NCBI RefSeq assembly: GCF_006345805.1
Contig: NC_043011.1
Location: forward strand, 37,026,464 to 37,090,463
Source of the DNA: Octopus sinensis
Lineage: Eukaryota
Reading direction: 5' to 3'
DNA: 64,000 nucleotides
In this document: one piece after another, positions 1 through 13,686 of the stretch
How the letters are laid out: every line of letters starts with the position of its first letter
How positions within the stretch are numbered: the first letter of the stretch is position 1
The notes under the pieces: model-generated
Database searches by the model: none
Seen by the model: only the letters and a program-made list of their open reading frames with translations
What the model was told of the DNA's origin: nothing
Translations under genes and position numbers: made by a program

Positions 1-2241
1 TGTATTTAATTTTACTGTTTACCTATATAATCGGCGGCTACGTATCCACAATTGTCCTTATACGATAAGTATATTTTTTTCTCAAGCTTTGATACGACTC
101 TTAATCTGTCTCTTTTTCTCTCTCTCTCCCTCCTCCCTTATTCCACTTCCGTTCTTTCCCTCTCCATCCGTCCCCCCCCCCTTTCTACGTTTCTCTATCT
201 CTCTCACCTCCAGCCCCCTCGATCTGTCTCTTTCTTCTCCTCCCTCGTCCACCTTCTCTCCCTTTTCATCTGTCCTTTCTCCTGTCTTTTGTTCTCACGT
301 GACAGCTAGCCGCTGTTGAGCGCTCTTTTCGTTTTCAGCAGCCTCAGAAGCAACACGGATTTGTTCGTCTCCCCGTGGCCTTTAGGCACAACTTCACAAG
401 CCAGCCCCTACTCAAATCGTCCTGTCGAAAGACCTTGTCCTACGTCCTGGTTTTGTTTTGTTGTTTATTTTTTATTTTTACCGTTATTGTTTTTACGTTT
501 TTGTATTCTTATTGGTGTCACGTATTCTGTATTTTTGTTTGTGTACTTCGATCGTTTTCCGTCCTTTCGTTGTATACATTCGAAGCTTTGGGCTGGCCAT
601 ATCGGAGCAATCTCAAGATTAATCAGCCGAAATTGCTAAGATGATCTGGTTCTTGACTGATGACTGAGGGCTTCGAATGTCCCGTCCTGTGGTTCTTGTG
701 TCGTCTCTGTGGTGTTTCATGTTCTTGTCCATGTCTGTATTTAATTTTACTGTTTACCTATATAATCGGCGGCTACGTATCCACAATTGTCCTTATACGA
801 TAAGTATATTTTTTTCTCAAGCTTTGATACGACTCTTAATCTGTCTCTTTTCTCTCTCTCTCCCTCCTCCCTTATTCCACTTCCGTTCTTTCCTCTCCAT
901 CCGTCCCCCCCCCCCTTTCTACGTTTCTCTATCTCTCTCACCTCCAGCCCCCTCGATCTGTCTCTTTCTTCTCCTCCCTCGTCCACCTTCTCTCCCTTTT
1001 CATCTGTCCCTTTCTCCTGTCTTTTGTTCTCACGTGACAGCTAGCCGCTGTTGAGCGCTCTTTTCGTTTTCAGCAGCCTCAGAAGCAAGCACACGGATTT
1101 GTTCGTCTCCCCGTGGCCTTTAGGCACAACTTCACAAGCCAGCCCCTACTCAAATCGTCCTGTCGAAAGACCCTTGTCCTACGTCCTGGTTTTGTTTTGT
1201 TGTTTATTTTTTATTTTTACCGTTATTGTTTTTACGTTTTTGTATTCTTATTGGTGTCACGTATTCTGTATTTTTGTTTGTGTACTTCGATCGTTTTCCG
1301 TCCTTTCGTTGTATACATTCGAAGCTTTGGGCTGGCCATATCGGAGCAATCTCAAGATTAATCAGCCGAAATTGCTAAGATGATCTGGTTCTTGACTGAT
1401 GACTGAGGGCTTCGAATGTCCCGTCCTGTGGTTCTTGTGTCGTCTCTGTGGTGTTTCATGTTCTTGTCCATGTCTGTATTTAATTTTACTGTTTACCTAT
1501 ATAATCGGCGGCTACGTATCCACAATTGTCCTTATACGATAAGTATATTTTTTTCTCAAGCTTTGATACGACTCTTAATCTGTCTCTTTTTCTCTCTCTC
1601 CCTCCTCCCTTATTCCACTTCCGTTCTTTCCCTCTCCATCCGTCCCCCCCCCCCTTCTACGTTTCTCTATCTCTCTCACCTCCAGCCCCCTCGATCTGTC
1701 TCTTTCTTCTCCTCCCTCGTCCACCTTCTCTCCCTTTTCATCTGTCCCTTTCTCCTGTCTTTTGTTCTCACGTGACAGCTAGCCGCTGTTGAGCGCTCTT
1801 TTCGTTTTCAGCAGCCTCAGAAGCAACACGGATTTGTTCGTCTCCCCGTGGCCTTTAGGCACAACTTCACAAGCCAGCCCCTACTCAAATCGTCCTGTCG
1901 AAAGACCCTTGTCCTACGTCCTGGTTTTGTTTTGTGTTTTTTTTTTTTATTTTTACCGTTATTGTTTTTACGTTTTTGTATTCTTATTGGTGTCACGTAT
2001 TTGTGTATTTGTTGTTTGTTTGTGTACTTCGATCGTTTTCCGTCCTTTCGTTGTATACATTCGAAGCTTTGGGCTGGCCATATCGGAGCAATCTCAAGAT
2101 TAATCAGCCGAAATTGCTAAGATGATCTGGTTCTTGACTGATGACTGAGGGCTTCGAATGTCCCGTCCTGTGGTTCTTGTGTCGTCTCTGTGGTGTTTCA
2201 TGTTCTTGTCCATGTCTGTATTTAATTTTACTGTTTACCTA
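1..2241. repeat. Tandem array of ~735-742 bp units (3 full units plus start of a 4th; runs off the left edge)
   Basis: TGTATTTAATTTTACTGTTTACCTATA recurs at 1, 736, 1475 and 2217. Units differ mainly by small indels. The array ends in (TA)n at ~2241. Confidence 0.97.
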
Positions 2242-2259
2242 TATATATATATATATATA

Positions 2260-2343
2260 ACGGGAAGCTTTATGAAAATAGACAAAAGACGAAGGCAGGT
2301 TTACGGAAATAAACAAAAGACGAAGGCAGGTGGAATACAAACA
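2260..2343 (-). mobile_element. Fragment related to the short HHR-like repeat family (3' part)
   Basis: CAAAAGACGAAGGCAGGTGG (duplicated here) resembles the reverse complement of CCACCTGTCTTC...TTTTG at ~13590 and ~33470. Confidence 0.5.
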
Positions 2344-2427
2344 ATATATATATACATACACTTACATATTTATACACATATATAAATGCATACACTTACA
2401 TATTTATACATATATATACATACACTT

Positions 2428-2480
<53 letters not shown>

Positions 2481-3438
2481 AGTGTATGTATATGTATATA
2501 TTTACATATATGTATATGCATATATATATGTATATGCATATGTAAATACATTTATACATATGCATGTATGTGTGTGTGCATGTGTGCGGCTGTGTGTGTG
2601 TACACGCATACACACATTCACTTACGCACCATTTCTCTCTCTCTCCCTCTCACACACACACACATCCACATACATATTGGAAAAGGAACGAACTTGAGAC
2701 CCCGATTTTCTCATTCTTCTTTCTTAGTCTATGGATCTAAGCATTTTAAAACCTATTGATGGATAAATCTGATTAAGAAAAATTAAAACAATTTTCTCTA
2801 TTACAGTTGCATGAGATCAATTATATAGCTGTACCATTAAACTTTTGAAATTACTGCCCAATATTGGCAAAACTGTTTTGACAACATTTAACAATATAAT
2901 CTAGTCGTTTTCTATTTACAAAGGCAACAAATTTTATAATGCGATAAGATTTAGTCGTTAGCTCACACATTTTCCACGTTGCACACGTTGCTGAAAATTG
3001 ATACAGCGCTGTTAACAAGCATCAAGCTGGTTAATTCTAGATTGTGTTTACTTTGTGCAACTTAATGCAATTATAAACACGATAATTGCTGAAATGTAAT
3101 TACTATTTCACAATCCCTCAATTTTACAATGCGCTCGTACAATTAAATAATTCTTAACAAATGCCAGGGAAATTCAATGATGGCGCACGAGGGTAGAACC
3201 GAAATCTAATATGGCGGAATTTATTGCAATGTAAGACGTTGAAACTCAGCTATGCTAGTTATTAATTACACCAATTTCAAATAGATTGTTTCTTAGAACA
3301 GATGCGTTCAAAGTGTTTACAGCAGCAAATGACATATGTTACATCAACACACATACACACACACACACATTATATATACATACGTACATACATATTATAC
3401 GTGTGTATATTTTGGATGCATATATATATATATATATA

Positions 3439-3480
<42 letters not shown>

Positions 3481-4021
3481 TTATATGTAGGCGAGCATAG
3501 TTCATAGCACCTACCAACTGTTATTAAAATAGAACTGATTTTGGCAGTAATGGAGTGATTAAAAAGCAATACACCATTAAACTGATCAATGATATTGATT
3601 GCAAGTTAACGTGCTGAAATACATGCACCTAGAATATGAGTTCAAGTCCGCTGTAGCCGTCTTTAATGATACAGATATTGTGTCACTGAAAAGAACGCCT
3701 TATTCTAAATTTATTCTCGTAACTCGCTTTCAAATGTTCGTGCGAGAGAATAGGGTTCTATTCCACCCGTGTGATTGATTTCCAAAACTGCTGCGAAGCA
3801 TTGGCCGTTAGTATACATTTAGGATATAGAACGGATATGGCTGCTGGTATAGCATATAGCAGTCTTTCTTAGCATCTATTTTACACATGGATGCCTTTCA
3901 TTCTGAGTTTACTTGCGTGGACCCTCCAAGATATTCGATGTTAAAAAAAAACCTATTATGTTTTCGTAATTAGATATTATTATTAGCTGCATAAAAATAA
4001 TTATCAAAATATTTTATGGTG

Positions 4022-4100
4022 CAGTAATCCCTCGACTATCGCGGGTGTTACGTTCCAAAACGCCCCGCAATAAGTGAAAATCCTCGAAATAGACACAGTA
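4022..4100 (+). mobile_element. Tigger/pogo-like DNA transposon terminal fragment
   Basis: Begins CAGTAATCCCTCGACTATCGCGG, resembling pogo/Tigger TIRs. No partner end seen; a SINE-A follows. Confidence 0.5.
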
Positions 4101-4123
4101 GTGTACTGTATATTATCTTTTTT

Positions 4124-4530
4124 TATTTATATAATTTGTATATTCTTTTATTCTTTTATTTGTTTCAGTCATTTGAGAGCGGCCATGCTGGAGCACCGCC
4201 TTTAGTCGAAGAAATTGACCTCAGGACTTATCCTTTGTAAACCTAGTACTTATTCTATCGGTGACTTTTACCGAACCTCTAAGTGACGGATATGTGAACA
4301 CACCAACATCGGTTGTCAAGCGATGATGGGGGGAGACCAACCCATACACAAACATATACACACACACACATATACGACAGGTTTCTTTCAGTTTCTGTCT
4401 ACCAAATCCACTCACAAGGCTTTGGTCTGCTTGGGGCTATAGTAGAAGACACTTGCCCCAGGTTCCGAGCAGTGGAACTGAATCCGGAACCATGTGGTTG
4501 GTAAGTAAGCTACTTACCACATACCCATGC
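4124..4530 (-). mobile_element. tRNA-derived SINE family A, near full length
   Basis: Reverse complement of the copies at 21248 and 53943, with A/B-box-like head, CTTGGGCAAGTG core and GGCGGTGCTCCAGCATGGCCGC tail. Confidence 0.9.
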
Positions 4531-4739
4531 AAAACAACACACCACGGAGGAATCGAGGTAAGCTTAAATCAGAAATAAAGAAACAGGAAGAGTGAACAGC
4601 GATAGGTGAACCGCGATATAGCGAGCGATTACTGTATTTTAAAAGTATGAGCAATTTATTGCAGATAAATCTTAATAACAAATATCTTTTATGGCTCCCA
4701 ACTGCCACATGGACTCTTGTTGAGAACCACTGGTTTTCG

Positions 4740-5040
4740 TTTGTTGTTTGTTTCTTCTCGAGCCACGCCTCGCTCATAAGGGCCGGTTTACCGGTTTCCT
4801 TGGCGTGTAGGTTCCCCACCTGGATGGGACGCCAGTCCGTCGCAGGTGAGATGCAAGATGCAGGAGGAAAGAGTGAGAGAAAGTTGTGGCGGAAATGTCA
4901 GCAGAAGTTCGCCATTACCTTCTGCCGGAGTCGCGTGTAGGTGTTTCGCTCATAAACACACACATCGCCCGGTCTGAGATTCGAACCAACGATCCCTCGA
5001 TTGCGAGTCCGCTGCTCTAACCCCTAGTCCATGTGTCTCC
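4740..5040 (-). mobile_element. tRNA-derived SINE family C, tail variant 1
   Basis: Head GGAGACACATGGACTAGGGGTTAGAGCAGCGGACTCGC...GGTTCGAATCTC aligns with the heads at 6113 and 59791. The 3' half differs and ends in an (AAAC)n-like tail. Confidence 0.85.
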
Positions 5041-5739
5041 ACCATTGTTTTTAGTGAGGTACATTCTAACTTCCTAATGATACCTAAGAAGAGAGCTAAT
5101 TTTCCTTCAGTCAGATGGCTACGGAAGAAAACATTGTAAGGTGGAGCAGACTTACAATTCTAGTCATTGATATTCGTTCGGCTTAGCTGTCATGAACCGT
5201 AACGTCCATTGGCGAGAGGTGATAGAGATCGGTTAATTTAGTGCCGACACTGTGTGAGTGGCATGAATTAGCCAAGTGTTGCCATCGCTAGTTCTGCAAT
5301 CGCTTTTGCTGCGGACAAAAACGTATCACGACTTTGTCACTGTGCCAGTAAGATTACCGAGAGAAATACGTTTCTCTGAAGATTTCTTAATGCAATGTAT
5401 TATATAATATTCATTATATGACTGATAATCAATCTTTGTAAGCAAAACATGCGTGAGGAAATATATTCAATATTTTCAATATTTTCAAAATTTTCAATAT
5501 TTTCTCAGAGACATACACAACTCCGGACTTCAGAGCACTACGAAGTTTCCTTCAGATAAATGGGATGCCATAGGGTATATTAGTTATTGGATGTGAAATT
5601 CAAATTCCATTTGCACTATGCTTGTGTGTGCGTGTGTATTATATACATATATATGCATATATACATATCTGTGTGCGTGTGTGTTCGTACATTCATATAG
5701 TATAATGTTTTATTTTATTATATGTACGATAAAGCTGAG

Positions 5740-5815
5740 ACCGCGCAGAAGCGTTGCCACGCCGGACACCATGTTCAGCGACATTTCTTCCAGCTCTACG
5801 TTTTGAGCTCACATT
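5740..5815 (+). mobile_element. Degenerate SINE family B head
   Basis: GCAGAAGCGTTGCCACGCCGG...CTACGTTTTGAGCTCACATT aligns with the family B head at 28644. Confidence 0.55.
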
Positions 5816-6047
5816 GCTTCGCAGTTGGCTTGCTTTTTATTTTATTTTTGCCATTTGAACACTGAAGGACAATGTAATCATTTAAACTCCTCCCACGAAA
5901 ATTTCAGACCTAGTTCCTGCGATAGTAAAGATTATTTGTATACACATATATACGTGCGTAAACATGCAAATTTTATCGACGGAGTGCTCGAAAAAGTATT
6001 CAATATTACGCATGTGTATCTGTGTGAGTATATGTATGTACACAGAA

Positions 6048-6090
<43 letters not shown>

Positions 6091-6112
6091 GTGTGTGTGT
6101 GTGTGTGTGTGT

Positions 6113-6487
<375 letters not shown>

Positions 6488-6763
6488 CATACATACGTAC
6501 GCATATACGACGCGAGGGAGAGATATTAATCGACAATCTTCATCACATGCTTGTTTTAGCCTTTAGACTGCACCGCAGAAATTTTGTCAAGCACATATTA
6601 TATCGAGTTCCTTTGTCGAATTGCTGGTTGGCAAGGTCGGAAAATAACAAAGATTGTGAAGTGGTTGGGAACACAGACACACGCGCGCATCACACGCACA
6701 CACACAGAAACACAAACACGTACACACCCAGCATACACACATACATAGATTCATACACATAAA

Positions 6764-6807
<44 letters not shown>

Positions 6808-6846
6808 GTATATATATATATACATGCATATATATATAAGTATACA

Positions 6847-6888
<42 letters not shown>

Positions 6889-6891
<3 letters not shown>

Positions 6892-7021
6892 GTGGAGTAG
6901 ACAAAAACAGATGCATTAATATATCGCTCCGGTTGTGAAAAATTCTTTAACATTTCGAGCATACGCACTTCCACAGAATGGAACACAGAATGAAACAAGG
7001 AGAGAAAATAAAGAATGTGTA
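6889..7021 (-). mobile_element. Short repeat carrying an HHR-like motif (CUGUGGA family), copy 1
   Basis: Reverse complement aligns with 13466-13627, 33339-33513 and 48536-48650. Adjacent to (TA)n. Confidence 0.8.
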
Positions 7022-7249
7022 TTTGCTAACGATCTATGATGCCCAGACGAATGACTTCATTCAGTTTTACGCTGCAACATCCACTCACACGTGTTTGGTC
7101 AGTCCGAGACTAAAGTGGACGATACTTCCAGAAGTTACTCCATGGTGAGTCTGAACCCCGAACCATAGTAATGCGATGCCACGCCTGTAAATATATACAC
7201 AGAAACACATATGTATTTTAAATAGTAACACAGAAATATGTCAGTATGG

Positions 7250-7617
7250 ACACTCCTAATAACCCTCTTGACCATGGATGTCGCTATTCGTTCAGGTTTT
7301 ATGCTTGATTGTGTTGAGAACGATTAAAACTTTTTGAAATCTTTGCGTTGGCCTCTGAGCAGATATCGCTAAGTTTTTGGCAAAATTTTACACAGATTCT
7401 CTGCTCAACTTGCCCTGTCACAGTCATTGCGACGATTACACGCTACACTCCTTTCTTCCAAGCATTGCTGTAGTCAGCAGGAGACAGATAGTACATTAAA
7501 ACTCATTGCACATGCACAGCAGAATTTTAGGTCAACCTGTGCCAAGCGGCTCCTCCCTCCATATTTTAGCAGTCTTACTATAGCAAAAGTCCGGATACTT
7601 ATTGACCAGACCACATA
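7250..7617 (-). mobile_element. mariner-type transposon remnant (TIR plus transposase N-terminus)
   Basis: Minus strand starts TA-TGTGGTCTGGTCAATAAGTATCCGGACT (mariner-like TIR) and encodes MTVTGQVEQRICVKFCQKL, matching the EQRxxIKFC motif. Confidence 0.7.
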
Positions 7618-7748
7618 CATATGTGTGTATGTATAAATCCCCCCACACATATATACATATGTATGTATGCATATGTATATACACATATATATGTGTATGT
7701 ATATACATACATATATGTATGCATGCATGTATGTATAACCACAGACAG

Positions 7749-7810
<62 letters not shown>

Positions 7811-7827
7811 TTATGTATATATATATA

Positions 7828-7932
<105 letters not shown>

Positions 7933-9187
7933 GTATTCATACGTCCACACGCATTCAGGCAAACACCACGTTAGTTGCATTTAATACACGTATGTATCAT
8001 GTGTGAGAGTGCGCGCGTATATGTGCATCCTTTCATTGAAGTAAAATTATATAACTCAACACTTTGCCATTCGTAGCATGTACGACAGCTGGATGATCAC
8101 ATCATACATGCGTGCATAATCTATATACACGTTTTCCAAGCCGACTCACATACTTTTTTTTCTTATGCTCATTCTATACGCATACACCTCTATGTATTCG
8201 TAAGCGTTGATAGAGATTACCAAGCATGGATACAAATGTACATACCTAAGCAGCACAAATAACATTAACAATAGGTGTGATAGCCTGTCAAATTGTGGTT
8301 GAAGCTAAGCTAGCCGCATAACTGCAAGCATCTCACATATTTCACGATATCAATCGCAGCAACTAAGTCTCTCGGGGCTTACTCGCTACATTGTAATTGA
8401 TTATCGATCGATCGTGATTCCTTGGAAATCACTCTAGCGCAGAAGTAAACGCAACAGTAATATTGCTTCCAAGAATCGAACGCAAATACGTATATTATTT
8501 CCTTCTCCATCAAAACATCACAAACAACGTTGGTAAGGAGATTGTGACATCAACAAAGCGTAAACAATCACGGATCAGAAGTAGAAAACGTCAAATTAAG
8601 CAATATGAAAGAACAACGTTTCTGTTATGGTTTTTGGCGATTCAGAAGATGGCGTGTCGTAATGTGGTTACGGAATTAATCTGACGATAAGAACGCGCGG
8701 ATTTCGGCAATTTCTAGTATTATTCGGAATATCTTTTATGAATGGCATTTAAACTGTTTATTATAAATTTAGTTTTATTTGTTATACGTTTCATTTTTAT
8801 GTAATTCAATACTATCCAGGCTTTTGTTACACGTGTTGTTTGTTATTATATATACATAGAAGTGCTCGCGTATGTATGTTTGTGTGTGTATACTTTTATA
8901 CATGCAGACACGCATTCTTATATTTTTATATAAATATATATGTGTGTGTGTATAAATTAATAGATAGATAGATAGGAAGATAGATAGACATATAGAAAGA
9001 TAGACAGATAAACAGACAGACAGAAAGATAGATAGATGGATAGATAGGTAGATAGATAACTAGAATGATAGATAGATAGATAGATAGATTGACACATAGA
9101 TTGTTAGACAGACTGACATACAGATAGATAGATAACTAGTATGGTATATATATATATAGATAGAGAGGGAGAGAGATAGATAGATAT

Positions 9188-9281
<94 letters not shown>

Positions 9282-9539
9282 GTATCATACATAGTATGGA
9301 AGTTACTGAAATTGATTAAGAGGAGACATTGTTGAGGACGAAGCACCATCATTGATGAACTGGCTGCCTGAACGTGAGGACAAAGAGACAAAGATGTCTG
9401 CGCGCTTTGTTTGATCTGAAATGCTAGTGTGAATGAACAACAATTTACAAATGAGCTGGACATGGCTGTGGTAAGAAGGAAAAGTTTGTGAATATTTGTC
9501 GGCTTTAATAAAAGTATGTATGCATGTACATATCACAGA

Positions 9540-10250
9540 GTTAAGAACGGTGCGTAGCCTGGGAATCCACATGAGTAGTGATGCAATCGCGTATCAACAG
9601 AATGGCAATACTGTGCAGGTGGGTAAATCCTTAACTCATTCAGAACCAGAAATAAGGAAAGCTTGCAATTGCTATGGAGGGCATTTGCCCACAGTCGTCT
9701 GGTAGAACGACAAATTGGTGGCGGAACTTGGGGCAATCCAGCGCCACTACGCAAAGAACATTGGTTCGGTAAAAGAGATGAGCTACAGGTAGAGATTACA
9801 AGAATTGAAGCTCTACTGCCTGGAGTGATGGCGAGAAACGTATGCAGTAATATACATATGGAAATCCTGGAATGTATAACTTCCAACTTTGGAATTAAAA
9901 GCTATACTAATCACCGAACTGAACGGCACTGCATAATACCAAATATACTACCTTCTTCGTCTCAGATAAGAATCAAGTATTGCAACAGCTTGGGTTTCAG
10001 AGGAGCAAAAACGGTTTAACAGAATGCCGAGGAACCTAAGGCATTTGTAAGGGGTTGATGTGGAAACATTCAAGAAGCAACTGGACAAATTTCTATCTGA
10101 AATCCCAAATGAACCTACATCACTGCTTATGGCACAAAGATGAGCAGCATTGTCCAACTCGCTTCTTCACCAGAAACAGTAACAACAGGAGGCCCCAAAA
10201 TACGGAAAGGTATTGCTCAAACATAGCACGAGCTTCAGGGTGAAACCAGT
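9540..10250 (+). mobile_element. Decayed CR1/L2-type LINE 3' fragment
   Basis: Translations WRAFAHSRL, NFGIKSYTNHRTERHC, KYCNSLGFRG and GVDVETFKKQLDKFLSEIPNEP resemble CR1/L2 RT C-termini. Frameshifted. Confidence 0.75.
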
Positions 10251-10272
10251 AAGAGAATAGAAGAACGAAAGA

Positions 10273-10322
<50 letters not shown>

Positions 10323-10749
10323 TATACGAATACATATACGAATTCGTACGTGTATACGAGAACAAATCCGTGTTTACTTTAGGGACTATGTATTTTATTT
10401 AGCGTTATACATTGTATAAAGTCGCATTGTCACCGACTTTACCTTGAAATATATACAGGTAAATGTATATATACATGAACATGTCATAAGGCATCTCTGT
10501 CTCTCTGTATATATATGTATGTAGAAAATATATAAATATATATACATATATATATATATGTGTGTGTGTGGTGTGTGTGTGTTGTGTGTGTGTGTGTGTG
10601 TGTATGTAGGAGTGAGTAGACAAAAGAAAGAAAGGTACTCAACACATTTATCGGGAATTACATGTATGATCAAAATAGCTTGATTCAAACTCCTGGGTAC
10701 ACTGAGTTCAAGCGTGACGCTAATCTTCGGCCTATAATTATATATATAT

Positions 10750-10788
<39 letters not shown>

Positions 10789-11178
10789 CTTGTTTATATA
10801 TATTCTATATATATATATTATATTATATATATATATATATATATTATATATATGCATCCATATATAAACTCTTACACGTATAGGAATACACAAATACATA
10901 CACACACCACAGTTATGAGAAGTATTCTCATCAACTGTTACAAACCCAGTTACCGAGAAATCACTTTAACTAATGAAAATCAACGATAAAATTTGTATTA
11001 ACAGAAGCTTGTTTGATTGTGTATTTGATGAAAAGAAACACGCAAAATAAATTCACCCATATATACACAGTACGTATAAACACACACACGCACACTCAAA
11101 TATGCACGTAACGAGTTATATAAATGTATATATATATATATATACATATGCCTACCTACATATATATATTTATTTATT

Positions 11179-11227
<49 letters not shown>

Positions 11228-11844
11228 GTGTGTATTTATATATACTCATACATATATATATATATATGTGTGTGTGTGTGTATATGTGCTGTCGTTTATG
11301 TGCACAATACAATTTACCTTCGACAATAAATGGATTTCGTTTTTTCTTCTGCCTTGACGGATTTTAATATTTTTCCGTCGATAACCTATATTTTCAATTT
11401 CTAATCTGTAAATTCTCCTTAGGCAAAATATCTTTTACACACCAGAGAATTATCAGATATATAGATTCTTCTGTGTTTTGTCATGGAAACACTCCCTATC
11501 CAATATCGTCATCACGTATGCATGTCTCCCATTGTCTTATATTAGTTGCCGAACGTTAGCGGCGAAATAATCACTCTCCCATTTATATGCTGACTAGGAT
11601 TTCCACTTCATTTTTATCTACGGGACTAGCATTTACGGACGGCATATATATGATAGGCGTTCTTCTGTTTATATATATATATATTATATTATATATATAT
11701 ATATATATTATTACGAACGTGAAAGCGCGTATAGCCTCTTATCATTTATTATTGGGTTGTAATAACATTTTATTTCAAGATCAAAGAAAGGAAATAGAAA
11801 CAGTGCGTGGTAGACGACGAAAAAGAAGAACAAAAGAGGACTAG

Positions 11845-11895
11845 GAGGAGGAGGAGCTAGAAATAGAAGAAGAAGAGGTAGAAGAAGAAGAGGAA

Positions 11896-11930
<35 letters not shown>

Positions 11931-11995
11931 AGAAGAAGAAGAAGAAGAAGAAGAAGAAGAAGAAGAAGAAGGAGGAGGAGGAGGAGGGAGAGGGA
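11845..11995. repeat. (GAA)n/(GGA)n microsatellite
   Basis: Directly visible. Confidence 0.95.
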
Positions 11996-12333
11996 AAGAA
12001 CAGATGATTATACGCATAAGTTTACGCTTTTATGTATGAGAGTGTAACTATTACAAAGTAGGAGATATGCCGAAATGTTGCAGAAATAAAGAGAAGGCCA
12101 TCATAAATCATTCAAACTGTTCAAAATGTCTTGTTTTAGAGAAGACTAACGTTGCAGTGTTTCGTTTATTCTATATAACGTCTTGTTATCTTCATTGCTT
12201 AATGTCTGCTGTCATTAGAATATATAGATATGTTGGGTAAATGATTTAGAAATCAGTTAAGTTTCCAGCGAAAAACATTACTGAAACGCTGAAAAGTAGC
12301 ATCAATGCATCAATCTCAACACAAATTGAAGAC

Positions 12334-12437
<104 letters not shown>

Positions 12438-12453
12438 ATGGATGTATATATAG

Positions 12454-12487
<34 letters not shown>

Positions 12488-12514
12488 GTATGATATATAT
12501 ATAATATATATATA

Positions 12515-12740
12515 CAGCAGGAATACCAAGCATGTTCGCACATGTCACACAAAGACGTATGAGATGGCTTGGGCACGTTAGCCGTATGAAAGATGGCAGA
12601 TTCCCCAAGGACATACTCTACGGACAGCTTGCTAGGGGTACTAGGTCTGTGGGTAGACCGATCTTACGTTACAAGGATGTTTGCAAAAGGGACATGAAGG
12701 CCTGCAACATCAATATTACCACACATAGAAAATAAACCTA
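12515..12740 (+). mobile_element. RTE-clade LINE ORF C-terminal fragment
   Basis: AGIPSMF...[50 protein letters not shown] is the typical RTE/BovB post-RT motif. Confidence 0.92.
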
Positions 12741-12784
12741 GCCTGAATAGAAAACTAGAATGGAGCAATAGCACACGCCACAAC

Positions 12785-12917
12785 TATGACGATAGAGGAT
12801 CCTGAAACATAATAAATACACAGATAAATAAACAGATAGAAATGAATAACTATATATATGTATAATATCTATGTATGTATATGTGTATATATATATATAT
12901 GTATATGTGTATATATG

Positions 12918-12959
<42 letters not shown>

Positions 12960-13283
12960 CGATTAGATATTATTATTATTATACTAATATTGTTGTTATC
13001 ATACATACAAGCATGGTAATGATAATAATGGGTGGATGTAAACACATGAACAAAATTAGAACAAAAGCAACAACACAAAAACAAAATACAAATTACAAGA
13101 ATGTATATAAACAGAAGATACAAATATTACACGCATCCCCCCCCACACACTAAATAACATAGACGCACATAGATAGAAGCATGCGCAAATGAAGACATGA
13201 AATAGACATATATATAGTTATTCATTTCTATCTGTTTATTTATCTGTGTATTTATTATGTTTTCAGGATCCTCTATCGTCATA
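12785..13283. repeat. Near-perfect ~72-bp inverted repeat (arms 12785-12858 and 13208-13283)
   Basis: ATGACGATAGAGGATCCTGAAACATAATAAATACACAGATAAATAAACAGATAGAAATGAATAACTATAT and its reverse complement differ by one indel. Confidence 0.95.
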
Positions 13284-13465
13284 TATATATATATATATAT
13301 AGATATATATTATATATATATATATGCGTATTCGTGTATTTGTATATATGTATACATAAACGCTCCGTTGTTTTGGGATTACCACTACTTTATTATCTCC
13401 CCTTCTTCCTAGCTCTTCTGTATGACCCCTCTATCCGGTATTCGCCCTGATAGATCGCTCGCCAC

Positions 13466-13627
13466 TACACATTCTATATTTTCTTTCGTGTTTCTTTCTG
13501 AGTTCCTTTCTGTGGAAGTGCATGAGCTCGAAACGTTAAAGACTTTTTCACTTCCCGAATGTTAAACTAATACATCTGTTTGTTGTCTACACCACCTGTC
13601 TTCATCTTTTTTGTGTGAATTCTCTAC
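13466..13627 (+). mobile_element. Short repeat carrying an HHR-like motif (CUGUGGA family), copy 2
   Basis: cttt CTGTGGA A gtgc atga gctc GAAA cg T T aaag at 13506-13541. The element ends in (TA)n. Confidence 0.8.

Positions 13628-13686
<59 letters not shown>

Noticed and set aside
308-345. Minus-strand gctg CTGAAAA c GAAA...gagcgctc...cagc in the tandem unit
   Set aside because: Stem II is absent, G8 is mutated and there is no UH triplet, so it may be chance.
52-2385. ORFs in the 740-bp tandem units
   Set aside because: Frames differ between units because of indels, and the products are low complexity.
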